Counted from the stretch's first letter, positions 29,698 through 39,527 are shown. The stretch is DNA of 64,000 bases from an uncultured Chloroflexia bacterium (GCA_963741445.1 CAVUIE010000008.1:6857-70856), one strand, 5' to 3'. The notes: a model not told the origin generated them from the letters alone. Program-made: numbers and translations.

Positions 29698-31151
29698 TCA
29701 GACGCCAGTGTTGATCATCACGTGCTTGACGAACGTGTAGTCCTCGAGCGCGTACTTCGAGCCGTCCTTGCCCCAGCCGGACTGCTTGACGCCGCCGTGC
29801 GGCGTCTCGGACGTGAGCGTGAAGTGCTCGTTGATCCAGACGTGGCCGAATTCGAGCGCCTTCGCGACGCGCATCGCCCGGCCGATGTCGCTGGTGAAGA
29901 TCGAGGACGCGAGCCCGTAGGGCGTGTCGTTCGCCCAGGCGACCGCCTGCTCCTCGTCGCTGAAGCGCTGGACCGTGACGACCGGGCCGAAGATCTCGTC
30001 CTGGATGATCTCCGACTTCTGGTCCGGGCCGGCGATGACGGTCGGGGCGTAGTAGGCGCCGGCGCGGTCCGGGCGCTCGCCGCCGACGACGATCTCGGCG
30101 CGAGCCGCGCGCCCGGTCGACCATGCCCTGGACCTTGTCGGCCTGGGCCTGCGCGATGAGCGAGCCCATCTCGATGTCGTCGCCCTCGGCCGGGTCGCCC
30201 CACTTGATGGTCTTGACCTGGTCGGCCAGCGCCGAGACGAACTGGTCGTAGACGGCCGGGCCGGCGATCACGCGGGTCGCCGCGGTGCAGTCCTGGCCGG
30301 CGTTCCAGTAGCCGGCGAAGCGCAGGGTCTCGGCCGCGAGGTTCACGTCCGCGTCGTCGAAGACGATGATCGGGGCCTTGCCGCCGAGCTCGAGGTGGAG
30401 CCGCTTGACGCTCTCGGAGGCGATCCGCGCGATGCGCTTGCCGGTCGACCGTGTCGCCGGTGATCGAGACCATCCGGACCTTCGGATGCCCGACGAGCGC
30501 GTCGCCGATCTCGCCGCCGGCGCCCGACAGGACGTTGACGACGCCCGGGGGCAGGATCTCGTTGAGGATCTCGGCGAACGCGAGGGCGGTCAGCGGGGTC
30601 CGCGCCGAGGGCTTGAGCACGACCGTGTTCCCGGTCGCCAGCGCCGGGCCGAGCTTCCACGAGGCCATGTACAGCGGGTAGTTCCACGGCGCGATCGAGG
30701 CGACGACGCCGATCGGGTCGCGCCGGATGATCGAGGTGTGCCCGGCCGCGAACTCGTTGGCGGCGAGGCCGTCCATCACGCGGCTCGCGCCCGCGAAGAA
30801 GCGGAAGAGGTCGGCGCAGACGGCCATCTCGTCGATGGCGGCGCCGACCGGCTTGCCGGCGTTCGCGCTCTCGAGCCGGCCGAGCTCGTCGCCGCGCGCC
30901 TCGAGGGCGTCGGCGATCTTGAGCAGGAGCAGCGAGCGGTCCTGCGGGGTCGTCTTCTTCCAGGTCTGGAACGCCGTGTCGGCGGCCTCGACCGCGCGGT
31001 CGACGTCCTCGTTCGAGCTGGCCGGGACGTTCGCGATCGCCTGGTCGTTGGCCGGGTTGATGACCTCGGCCGTGCGGCCGTCGGCGGCATCGACGAACTC
31101 GCCGCCGATGAGCTGCTTGTAGGTCTTGACGCGCTCGGCGACGTCGGTCAT
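29698..31151 (-). CDS. NAD-dependent aldehyde dehydrogenase (aminobutyraldehyde/betaine-aldehyde DH-like), two +1 insertions as assembled
   Basis: The N-terminal 240 aa are intact ([28 protein letters not shown]). The middle part is [16 protein letters not shown]...[11 protein letters not shown] in the next frame. The C-terminal part is [12 protein letters not shown]...[10 protein letters not shown]...[12 protein letters not shown], ending at TGA 29698-29700. AGGAGG lies upstream of ATG 31151. Confidence 0.85.
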
Positions 31152-31259
31152 CGGGGTGTCCTCCTGGAAGGTGACGGGGTCGTGTCAGTCCACGGGATGG
31201 TGGCGCCATCGTAGACCGCGGCCGGTAGCCCGTCCCGCCACGTGGGGCGCGCTGGGCTC

Positions 31260-31630
31260 CTAGTCCGTCGTCCGGATCTTCCAGAACGAGTCCTTCTTCA
31301 CGATCTTGCCGTCACGGAGCCGCCACAGGTCGCAGCCGCGGATCTCCAGGCGGACGCCATCGGTCGTGGTCCCGGTCAGCGTCCATTCGGAGGCGCCCGA
31401 TCCCCGTCGCGAAATGCTCGGCGTCGAGGTAGCGGACGTCCGGGATGCCGGCGAACCGACCCTCGAACGCCGCGCACCTCGTCCTTGCCGACGAATCGCC
31501 GCCCCATGGTCCGGGCCCGCGGGGCATCGAAGACCGCGTCGTCGGCGAACGCCTCGAGGATCGTCGAGGTCGTGCGTGTCGAAGCCGTCGCGATCGACTC
31601 GAGCAGGCGCAGCGTGTCGTCGCGTCCCAT
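31260..31630 (-). CDS. SnoaL/NTF2-like domain protein (two +1 insertions); possibly fused to the upstream glycosyltransferase
   Basis: MGRDDTLRLLESI...AVFDAPR...GRRFVGKDEVR | AFEGRFAGIPDVRYLDAEHFATG | SEWTLTGTTTDGVRLEIRGCDLWRLRDGKIVKKDSFWKIRTTD, with the stop at 31260-31262. No stop codon in any frame separates it from the GT1 gene. Confidence 0.55.
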
Positions 31631-31632
31631 CG

Positions 31633-32938
31633 ACCCTCCACGCTGCCCCGAGGCACCCTTCGATGAGGTCCGCGGCGCGCACCGTGCCGGACCCGACTTG
31701 ATGCGCGACGACATCTCGGACAGCCGGCGCGCCAGGGCGCGGTCGTCGAGCAGCTCGTCGATCGCGTCCGACAGCTCCTCGTCGCGGAAGTCGTAGGTCG
31801 CCAGCCGCCGCCCGAACCCGGTCTCGTCGACCCGCTGGGCGTTGTCGACCTGGTCCCAGAACAGCGGCAGCACGATCATCGGCTTGCCGTGGTGGAACGC
31901 CTCGGTGACGGTGTTGTTGCCGCCGTGCGTGATCACGAGGTCCACCTGCGGCAGGATCGCCGGCTGCGGCAGGAACCCCTCCCCCGTCTGGTTGTCGTGG
32001 AGCGTGATCTGGTCCGCGAGCGGGCCCTTCGAGACGATGACCCGGTGCTCGGTCGTGGCGAGCAGGTCGACCAGGCGCTGCATCAGCCCGACGTCCGCGG
32101 ACCCGAGCGAGCCCAGCGACAGGTAGATCAGCGCGCCGTCGCGCTCCTGGAGGTGGTCCGGCAGCTCCCAGGTCGTGTCCGCGGCGCGGACCGACGAATC
32201 CACGCGGTGCCAGGTCGGGCCGAGCGGCGCGCTCGCGAGGGTAGTCGGCCTCGGCCGGGTAGCCGTAGAGGTTGAGCCACGGGGATTCGGCCGTGAAGTC
32301 GGGGCCGAGCGGGCCGTACGACAGGCCCGGCTCGCCGTGGTCGCGGCAGAACGCGTCGAAGTCGGCCCACATGTCGCCGTGCGTGCGGCGGACCTCCTCG
32401 AGGAAGCGCCGGCCAGTCGCGCCGGTCCGCCGCCGGATAGCCCGAGGAGAACGGCGCGATGGCCGGGTCCTTGATCTCGGCCGGGTTGCACGACACGATG
32501 CGGACCCACGGCCGCCCCGACGCGCCGAGCGCCGGGAACGACGACCACGTTGTCCTCGACGATGACGTCCGGGCCGACCTCGTCGAAGATCTCGAGCAGC
32601 CGCGAGTCGACGTACTTCGCGCCGTCGATCAGCGCCTGGAAGGTCGGGGCGATGAACTCGCCGAGCTGCTCGATCGTCGGCTTGCGGAAGACCGGCGCCG
32701 TGTCGCGGATGAAGTCGATCCAGAACTGGCCGGGGACCTCGGGCTCGGCCGGCGGCGGCCCGAGCCGCATCAGCCGCTCCTCGAAGCCCTTCGCCTCGAG
32801 CGTCCCGGCGAACGATTCCTCGACCACGAACACGACCCGATGGCCGCGCGCGCGCAGCACCTGGCCGATGCCGACGCAGTTGTTGGTCGGTCCGTAGGCG
32901 CCCTCGGGAAAGAAGACGACGGTGCGGGCGTCGGTCAC
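31633..32938 (-). CDS. GT1-family (MGT/UDP-glycosyltransferase-like) glycosyltransferase, frame-disrupted about four times
   Basis: N-terminal text MTDARTVVFFPEGAYGPTNNCVGIGQVLRARGHRVVFVV. The C-terminal nucleotide-sugar motif is VDLVITHGGNNTVTEAFHHGKPMIVLPLFWDQVDNAQR. Intermediate pieces lie in ORFs 32128..32496 and 31260..32372. Confidence 0.75.
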
Positions 32939-32954
32939 GCTCGCGCGGGTCCGC

Positions 32955-33188
32955 TCAATGGCCGTGCAGCACGGTACGGAGCCGCTCGTACTCGGGCTCG
33001 TCGATCTCGCCCTTGGCGAGGCGGGTCCGGAGCGCGTCCATCGCCGGGTCGCGGCGTCCGTCCGACGCGCTCCCGTGGAGCGCGCGCGCCAGCCGCACGA
33101 TCAGGGCGTAGGACGCGGCGACGATGAGGACCATGACGGCGATGGTCGCGATGATCACCAGGATCTCGGCACCACCGACGTTCGGCAT
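32955..33188 (-). CDS. SHOCT domain-containing small membrane protein
   Basis: Intact 77-aa ORF with one TM helix (ILVIIATIAVMVLIVAASYALIV) and a C-terminal LAKGEIDEPEYERLRTVL. Confidence 0.7.
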   Translation of the reverse strand: MPNVGGAEILVIIATIAVMVLIVAASYALIVRLARALHGSASDGRRDPAMDALRTRLAKGEIDEPEYERLRTVLHGH

Positions 33189-33290
33189 GCGACCCCTCCA
33201 GGCTTCGGGAGTGTGCCCATCGAGAGAGTAGCGTCCCGGCGACCGAGCGCAAGCGCGATGACGAGCGCCGGCGCCGGCCGTGGCGAGCGG

Positions 33291-34082
33291 CTATCCGCCC
33301 CGGCTCGCGTCCATGCGCGCGACGCTTCGGCGCCCAGGGCACGACGACGCGCTCGATGACCCCGACGAGGGCGTACAGGAGCAGCGAGATGACGGCGGTC
33401 AGCAGCATGGCCGCGAAGACCAGGTCGGTCCGGAAGCTGTTCTGCGAGAGCTGCATCCAGATCCCGAGCCCGCTGGTGGCACCGACGTACTCGCCGAAGA
33501 TCGCCCCGATGACCGCGTAGACGACGCTGATCCGAAGACCCGTGAAGAGATATGGCAGCGCCGCCGGCCAGCGCAGGCGACGGAACGCCTGGGACGACGT
33601 GGCGCCCATCGAGCGCATCAGGTCCATCGCGGCCGGCTCGACCCGCCCGAACCCGTCGAGCAGCACGATCGTCACCGGGAAGAACGTCACGAGCACGACG
33701 ATGACGACCTTCGGCAGCAGGCCGAACCCGAACCAGATCACGAACAGCGGGGCGATGGCGACGATCGGGATGGTCTGGCTGGCGACGAGCAGCGGCTCGA
33801 CCGCCCGTCGGATCGGCGACCAGCGGTCGAGCGCGATGGCCGCGGCGATCGCGAGGGCCACCGAGACGGCGATGCCGACGATGGTCTCGACCAGCGTCGG
33901 GACGAGGTGCGACGCGGCCGCGTCCGGAAGTCCCAGAGCGCGGTGAGCACGCGGGACGGAGCCGGGAGCGTGACCGGATCGAGCCCGGCGAGCCGGACGT
34001 AGGCCTCCCAGAGCGCGACCAGCGCGAGGACGAGGAGTGCCGGCGGCAGCCATCGCCTCGAGCGGTCGCCGCCATCGGTCAT
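33291..34082 (-). CDS. ABC transporter permease, NitT/TauT (ThiX-like) family (frame-disrupted; 3' end uncertain)
   Basis: Starts at ATG 34082, overlapping the SBP stop (ATGA). WLPPALLVLALVALWEAYV comes first, then a -1 shift near 33930. The core is QTIPIVAIAPLFVIWFGFGLLPKVVIVVLVTFFPV...MRSMGATSSQAFRRLRWPAALPYLFTGLRISV. The core frame has no stop before 32935; TAG 33291-33293 is in the neighbouring frame. Confidence 0.72.
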
Positions 34083-35218
34083 GGCAGGTACGCGTTCGAG
34101 AACAGCCCGGCGTAGTCGGGCGGGGCGGCCAGCGGCTTCCCGTTCGCGTCCGCGAGCAATCCCTGGTCGTAGAGGAAGCCCGAGTAGCCCTGCCAGCGTT
34201 CGAGCGTCTGGCGCCCGACGATGCCCTGGGCGTCGCGCAGGTAGCCGCCATCGGCGAGGAACCGCTGGCTGGCGGCCGGCAGGTCGGGACTGCCGTCGAA
34301 GACCCCGGGGTTCTGGGCGACCAGGATGGCCGCGGCGTCATCGGGATGGTCGGCCGCGAACTCGAACCCGCGTGCGGACGCCGAGACGAACGCCTTCGCG
34401 AGGTCGGGCTCCCGATCGAGCCAGCGCCGGTCGCAGGCGAGGACCACCTGGTAGAAGTCCGGGAAGCCGTAGTCGGTGAAGGCGAAGGTCCGGAGCGGGA
34501 TGCCGCGCTGGCCGGCCTCGATGCCCTCCCAGGCCGAGAACGTGATCACGAAGTCCGCGCGCTTCGCGTACAGGGCCTCATAGGCGGCCGTGTCGAGGGT
34601 CACCGTCGTGAAGTCGCCCTTGCCCCCGTCGGCCTTGATCACCGCCTTCAGCGTCGGGTCCTCGTTCGGGTAGCCGAACCCGGCGTACGTCTTCCCGTCG
34701 AGGTCGCGGGGCCGCTTGATGGCGGACGAGTCGAGGACGGCGATCTCCTGGGCGGTGTGCTGGAGGATGGCCATGACCGAGACGATCGGCGCCCCCGCGG
34801 CCGCCGCGAAGGTCATCGCGTCCTGGAAGCTGATCCCGCACTCGGCCTGGCCGGCCGCGATGAGCGCCTCGGGGGTCGCGCTCGAATACGGGAGCACCTG
34901 GAGATCCACGCCGGCGTCGCGGTACCAGTCCTTCGCCTGGGCGACGAAGAACCCGGTGTGGTTCGTGTTCGGGGTCCAGTCGAGGGCGAGGCGGACCGGC
35001 CGGGCGGGGCCGGCATATGCGGATGCCGAAGGCGACGATGCGGCTGACGGCGACGCCGACGGGCTCGAACCGGCGACGTCGGTGGCGGACGGCGACGGCG
35101 ATGACGCGCCCGATCCGGTCGTGGCGGGACCGCATGCGGCCAGCCCGAGGAGCAGCGCGCTGAGGAGGGTCGCGCGCAGGCCCGGATGCCGGCGGGCGCG
35201 CTCGGAGCTCAAGGTCAT
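34079..35218 (-). CDS. ABC transporter substrate-binding lipoprotein, NMT1/THI5 (ThiY-like) family
   Basis: Intact. Starts at ATG 35218 with GGAG upstream. Lipoprotein signal LSALLLGLAAC. The core text is LALDWTPNTNHTGFFVAQAKDWYRDAGVDLQVLPY. Preceded by a TPP riboswitch. Confidence 0.88.
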   Translation of the reverse strand: MTLSSERARRHPGLRATLLSALLLGLAACGPATTGSGASSPSPSATDVAGSSPSASPSAASSPSASAYAGPARPVRLALDWTPNTNHTGFFVAQAKDWYRDAGVDLQVLPYSSATPEALIAAGQAECGISFQDAMTFAAAAGAPIVSVMAILQHTAQEIAVLDSSAIKRPRDLDGKTYAGFGYPNEDPTLKAVIKADGGKGDFTTVTLDTAAYEALYAKRADFVITFSAWEGIEAGQRGIPLRTFAFTDYGFPDFYQVVLACDRRWLDREPDLAKAFVSASARGFEFAADHPDDAAAILVAQNPGVFDGSPDLPAASQRFLADGGYLRDAQGIVGRQTLERWQGYSGFLYDQGLLADANGKPLAAPPDYAGLFSNAYLP

Positions 35219-35290
35219 CGATGGTCTCCAGTCGCGAGAGACAGGAACGCCGCCTCCGGGTGCCGGGGACGGCGTCATCGATGACGTTCG

Positions 35291-35382
35291 GCCTGCTTCC
35301 TTCGCCGGTACGAGCCGGATCAGGTTCGGCGGGTCTGCGGCCTTTCGGCCGCACTCTCAGCGCGATCGCGCTCCCCGGAGGC
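35291..35382 (-). promoter_or_regulatory. TPP (THI-box) riboswitch
   Basis: The minus strand reads GCCUCCGGGGAGCGCGAUCGCGCUGAGAGUGCGGCCGAAAGGCCGCAGACCCGCCGAACCUGAUCCGGCUCGUACCGGCGAAGGAAGCAGGC. The conserved GGGG.GC / CUGAGA / ACCC / GAACCUGAUCCGG..UACCGGCG.AGGAA blocks appear in the canonical order, about 70 nt upstream of the ThiY-like start. Confidence 0.9.
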
Positions 35383-35439
35383 ATATCAAGTTGGTGGCAC
35401 CGTAGCACGGCGGCCCACTTGGCGGCGCCGACCTGATGT

Positions 35440-35814
35440 CTAGCCGACCTCGTGACCGGCAGCCGTCAGCGCCTCGACGGCGGCGGCGAAGTCGGGCTCG
35501 TGGACCAGGACGTAGTCCGTGTCGAACGAGGAGATCGCGAAGATCGCGATGCCGGCATCGCGGAGCGGGTCGGCGATCGCGGCCACGACGCCGATCAGCG
35601 TCATCACCAGGGGTCCCTGCACCTTGAACGCCCGCCAGGGACCCTCCGCCGGCAAGTCGGCCGGGATGGCATCGCTGGCGGCCACGATCGACAGCTCGTC
35701 GGGCGTGCGCGTGATCGCGACGAACTCCCCCGCATCGTCGACCCAGGCCGGGATCGGGCTGTCGGCCGGCAGGCGACAGACGGTCAGCCGCGTCTCGAGG
35801 ACGGTCAGCCGCAC
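35440..35814 (-). CDS. ACT domain-containing protein (ACT_7/CASTOR-like)
   Basis: GTG 35814 overlaps the stop of the upstream hydrolase gene. The text is RLTVLETRLTVCRLPADSPIPAW...FVAITRTPDELSIV...WRAFKVQGPL...GIAIFAISSFDTDYVLV. Confidence 0.7.
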   Translation of the reverse strand: MRLTVLETRLTVCRLPADSPIPAWVDDAGEFVAITRTPDELSIVAASDAIPADLPAEGPWRAFKVQGPLVMTLIGVVAAIADPLRDAGIAIFAISSFDTDYVLVHEPDFAAAVEALTAAGHEVG

Positions 35815-36656
35815 CGCTGTCGCAGCCAGGCGATGACGTCGTCGACGATCGCCGGCCCCTCGGGCTCGTTGTGCAGTTCGTGGCGGAGCTCCGGGAAGGT
35901 CCGCCGCTCGACGTCCGGCACCGTCGCGAGGACCGCCGACGCGTCCGTCGGGACGAGGTGGTCGTCCTCGCCGTGGAGGACCAGCGTCGGCACCCCGAAC
36001 CCGCCGGACACGGCGCCGAGGACCCGCTCCTGCTCGTGGAACGCCGCGACCGCGAACCGGGCGGTGTTGGTCTGGACGCACAGCGGGTCGTCGACGGTCT
36101 TCGCCGCGACCGACGGGTCCCGCGACAGGGTCGAGCCGTCGAGGCCGCTGGGGATGTCAAACGTCGGGCGGACCCGGGCGACCACGCCGACGAGCGATCG
36201 CTTCCATGCCGGGATCGCGTCTCCCAGCGCTGGCGCGCTCAGGACCGCGAGGTCCGGCTTCGGCCGGTCCGTGAGGAGATAGCCCGCGGCGATGAGGCCG
36301 CCGAGCGAGTGCCCGTAGATCACGACCGGCCGCCCGATCGACGCGCCCCGGACGGCTGCCAGCCGCTCGGCGAGGTCGTCGTGGAGCTGCGACCACCGTT
36401 CGATGTCGCCGCGCCGTCCGCCCGAACCGCCCATCCCGCGGTGGTCGTAGGCCCAGGTCTCGAGGCCGGCCGCGCTCAGCTGGTCGCCGACGTGCTCGTA
36501 CCGGCCGGAGTGCTCCCAGATGCCGTGGACCAGCAGCACCGAGCCCCACGGCGCGCCCGCCCACGCGCCCCCGGCCTCGGCCTCGTCGGCCGGCCAGTGC
36601 CGGACGAGCAGGTCCGTGCCGTCGGCGGCGGCGACGTGGCTGACGATGGACGGCAT
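35805..36656 (-). CDS. alpha/beta hydrolase (lysophospholipase / monoacylglycerol lipase-like)
   Basis: Starts at ATG 36656 (MPSIVSHVAAADG). Carries LLVHGIWEHSGRYEHV, the nucleophile elbow GHSLGG, and a C-terminal HGEDDHLVP...LRHELHNE. Only the last 283 codons of the 1211-aa ORF 35805..39440 are credible. Confidence 0.85.
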   Translation of the reverse strand: MPSIVSHVAAADGTDLLVRHWPADEAEAGGAWAGAPWGSVLLVHGIWEHSGRYEHVGDQLSAAGLETWAYDHRGMGGSGGRRGDIERWSQLHDDLAERLAAVRGASIGRPVVIYGHSLGGLIAAGYLLTDRPKPDLAVLSAPALGDAIPAWKRSLVGVVARVRPTFDIPSGLDGSTLSRDPSVAAKTVDDPLCVQTNTARFAVAAFHEQERVLGAVSGGFGVPTLVLHGEDDHLVPTDASAVLATVPDVERRTFPELRHELHNEPEGPAIVDDVIAWLRQRCG

Positions 36657-36716
36657 CGGCGCAGCGTACGCGACCGGGCGAGGGCCGCGATGGGACGCGG
36701 CCGCTAGCATCGGACG

Positions 36717-37547
36717 ATGGGCGTTGACGACGGCTGGGTCGAGATCGGCGATCGGGTCTTCGTCCGCCGCTATGCGTTCTACGACCAGAACATCGGGGTG
36801 ATCCTCGGCGGCGGCGAGGCGCTCGTCATCGACACCCGCTCCACCCACGAGCAGGCGCGCGAGATCCTCGCCGACCTTCGAGAACTGACCCGTGACCCCG
36901 TCACGGTCGTCGTGGACACGCATGGCCACTTCGATCACGCGTACGGGAACCGGGTCTTCCGCCCCGCGACGATCTGGGGCCATGACGGCTGCGTGACCTT
37001 CATGGAGCGCACCGGCGAGCAGCGGCGGGAGCGGATCGCCCGCGAGGAGCCGGCCCTGGCCGAGGGCCTTCGCGAGGTCGTCATCGACCCGCCGGACCGG
37101 ACCTTCTCGGATCACGCGACCATCGAGGTCGGCGGCCGGGCCGTCGAGCTCGCCTACCTCGGCCGCGGCCACACCGACCACGACATCGTCATCGACGTGC
37201 CCGGCGCTGACGTCCTGTTCGCGGGCGACCTCATCGAGCAGGGCAACGTGCCGTTCTTCGGCGACGCCTACCCGCTCGACTGGGTCGCGACGGCCGCCGC
37301 CCTGGTCCCGGCCGTGAGCGGCGTGGTGGTGCCGGGCCACGGCGACCACGCCGGCCGCGCGTTCGCCGCCTCGCAGGCCGCGTCGTTCGCCGCGCTCGCG
37401 GACCTCGCCCGCCGCGTCAACGACGGCGTCCTGACCCTCGACGAGGCGATCGCGGCGCACCCGTTCCCGGACCAGCCGCCCGAGGACGCCAGGAGCGGGT
37501 TCAAGCGGGCGCTCGCGCAGCTCCGGAGCGAGCTCGACGAGCCCTAG
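36717..37547 (+). CDS. MBL-fold metallo-hydrolase
   Basis: Intact 276-aa ORF with VVDTHGHFDHAYGN (HxHxDH), GRGHTDHD and PGHGD motifs. Confidence 0.85.
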   Translation: MGVDDGWVEIGDRVFVRRYAFYDQNIGVILGGGEALVIDTRSTHEQAREILADLRELTRDPVTVVVDTHGHFDHAYGNRVFRPATIWGHDGCVTFMERTGEQRRERIAREEPALAEGLREVVIDPPDRTFSDHATIEVGGRAVELAYLGRGHTDHDIVIDVPGADVLFAGDLIEQGNVPFFGDAYPLDWVATAAALVPAVSGVVVPGHGDHAGRAFAASQAASFAALADLARRVNDGVLTLDEAIAAHPFPDQPPEDARSGFKRALAQLRSELDEP

Positions 37548-38557
37548 TCGGCGATCCGCACGATCCAGCGCCCGCGCGCCTGACCGGCCACGATCGCATC
37601 GAGGGCGGGGTCGAGCGTGTCGAGCGTGACCTCCTGGCAATGCACGCCGAGGTCGCGCGGCCGGAGGTCCGTCGCGAGGCGGTCCCAGGTCCACCGCCGA
37701 CGCTCGATCGGCATGTTGACCGAGTCCATGCCGAGCAGGGCCACGCCGCGCAGGATGAACGGGAAGACCGTCGTCGCGAGCGCCGGGCCCCCGGCATTCC
37801 CACTGGACGCGACGGCCCCGCCGATCCGAAGCGTGCGGAGGACGTACGGGAGCGTGACCCCGCCGACCGCGTCCACGGCCCCGGCCCAGCGCTCCGACTC
37901 GAGCGGCTTGCCCTCGGCGGTCACCTCGTCCCGGGTCAGGATCCCGGAGGCGCCGAGCGCGGTCAGCCGCGCGGCCTCCTCCGGTTTCCCGGTCGCGGCC
38001 CAGACCTCGTAGCCGCGCTCGGCCAGGATCGCGAGCGCGGTCCCGCCGACCCCGCCACTGGCCCCCGTCACGAGGACCGGCCCGTCCGCCGGGGACAGGC
38101 CGCGCTCCTCGAGCGCGATCACGGACATCGCCGCGGTGAACCCCGCCGTCCCGATGCTCATCGCGTCGCGCGTCGTCAGGCCGGGTGCCAGCGGCACGAC
38201 CCAGCCTGCCGGCACGCGCTGGTAGGGCGTGTACCCACCATGCCGCGACACGCCGATCTCGTAGCCATGGGCCAGGACCTTCGCGCCGACCTCGACCGCC
38301 GGGTCCTCGCTCGCGATCACCTCGCCGGCAAGGTCGATGCCGGGGATCAGCGGGCTGATGCGGGCGACCTTGCCGTCGACCCGGGTGGCCAGACCGTCCT
38401 TGTAGTTGACGCTCGACCATTCGACCCGGATCTCGACCTCGCCTGCCGGCAGGTCCGACTCGCGCACCACGCGGACGCCGCGCTCGACCGTGGGGGCGCC
38501 GTCGAGGTCGACCTTCTCGGCGACGTAGGCGGGGAACTCGGCCGGGATCGCGGTCAT
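37544..38557 (-). CDS. MDR-family quinone oxidoreductase / acrylyl-CoA reductase (YhdH/AcuI-like)
   Basis: Starts at ATG 38557 (MTAIPAEFPAYV). Carries SSVNYKDGLA, PLIPGIDLAGEV and VTGASGGVGGTA. The stop overlaps the convergent MBL stop. Confidence 0.88.
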   Translation of the reverse strand: MTAIPAEFPAYVAEKVDLDGAPTVERGVRVVRESDLPAGEVEIRVEWSSVNYKDGLATRVDGKVARISPLIPGIDLAGEVIASEDPAVEVGAKVLAHGYEIGVSRHGGYTPYQRVPAGWVVPLAPGLTTRDAMSIGTAGFTAAMSVIALEERGLSPADGPVLVTGASGGVGGTALAILAERGYEVWAATGKPEEAARLTALGASGILTRDEVTAEGKPLESERWAGAVDAVGGVTLPYVLRTLRIGGAVASSGNAGGPALATTVFPFILRGVALLGMDSVNMPIERRRWTWDRLATDLRPRDLGVHCQEVTLDTLDPALDAIVAGQARGRWIVRIAD

Positions 38558-38978
38558 GATCCGAATCGTACGTCGCGGGCCGCGTGGCGCGCGCCAGCGT
38601 TGCGTTTCGGTCGCGACCGGCCCGATGGCCGTCGCCTGGAACCACATCCAGGTCGCGCTCATCGACCGGCTCGGCGACGACGGCCTCGCGCTCGCGCGCC
38701 AGCTGGGACCAGCTCACCGTGTTGCTGGCCGAGGCGCTCGGCCGGAGGTAGCGTCGCCGCCCCGAAGGGCGCCTGTCATCGGGCCCTCGAGCGGCGCCTG
38801 TCATGGAGCCGACACTTGGGTCCGGGAACGAAACATTCCCGATGGTCAGGCGTCCCCTCTTGTGTCGCGCCGCTCGGCCGACCACCGTCATGAGGGCCCA
38901 GGGATGCTCCGGTCCGCGAGTCCGCGATGAGTGGCGCGACCAGGCTTCGTTCCGATCGAGAACGGCCTGGTGCACGGC

Positions 38979-39527
38979 ATGGATGACCTCGAGGCCCTGC
39001 CGGCCACCGTGGCGATGTCGACTGCTCGGAGCCATGAGGTCGTGGGAGCCATCTACGACGACCACCAGCGCGAGCTCTTTTCCTTCGCGCTGCACGCCTG
39101 CCGCGACCGTGAGGCGGCCGAGGACCTCGTCCAGGAGTCGTTCGTCCGGCTGATGATCGAGATCGACGCGGGGCGGATGCCGACCAACGTCCGCGGGTGG
39201 CTCTACCGGGTCGTCGCCAATCTCGCCGTCTCCCGGGGCCGGCGGGCGACCGTGGCCAGGCGGGGACTCCACGCGGTCGCAGAGCCCGAGGACGACCAGG
39301 GCCCGGAGCCCACCTATCTCGAGGGTGAGCGGCGATCGGACCTGGAGACCGTGCTCGGGGAGCTCGGCGCCGATGCGCGGACCGCCCTGCTCATGGCCGC
39401 GAACGGATTCAGCGGCCTCGAGATCGCCGACGCCATCCACCGGAGCCCGAGCGCGACCCGGACCCTCATGTGCCGATCACGGATCCAGCTCCGCGAGCGC
39501 CTGGTCGCGCTGGAGACCAGCGCATGA
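38979..39527 (+). CDS. ECF-type RNA polymerase sigma factor
   Basis: Region 2 (YDDHQRELFSFALHACRDREAAEDLVQESFVRL, WLYRVVANLAV) and region 4 (ALLMAANGFSGLEIADAIHRSPSATRTLMCRSR). The maximal ORF starts at GTG 38931. ATG 38979 and ATG 39015 are alternatives. The stop overlaps the anti-sigma start (ATGA). Confidence 0.85.
   Translation: MDDLEALPATVAMSTARSHEVVGAIYDDHQRELFSFALHACRDREAAEDLVQESFVRLMIEIDAGRMPTNVRGWLYRVVANLAVSRGRRATVARRGLHAVAEPEDDQGPEPTYLEGERRSDLETVLGELGADARTALLMAANGFSGLEIADAIHRSPSATRTLMCRSRIQLRERLVALETSA

Noticed and set aside
35805-39440. 1211-aa ORF on the minus strand, the second-longest ORF in the track.
   Set aside because: Only its last 283 codons (35805-36656) read as a real alpha/beta hydrolase. 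The rest is Arg/Gly/Asp/Pro-rich read-through lying antisense or out of frame to clearly recognisable genes (MBL hydrolase, quinone oxidoreductase, ECF sigma). Long stop-free frames are expected at this GC content.
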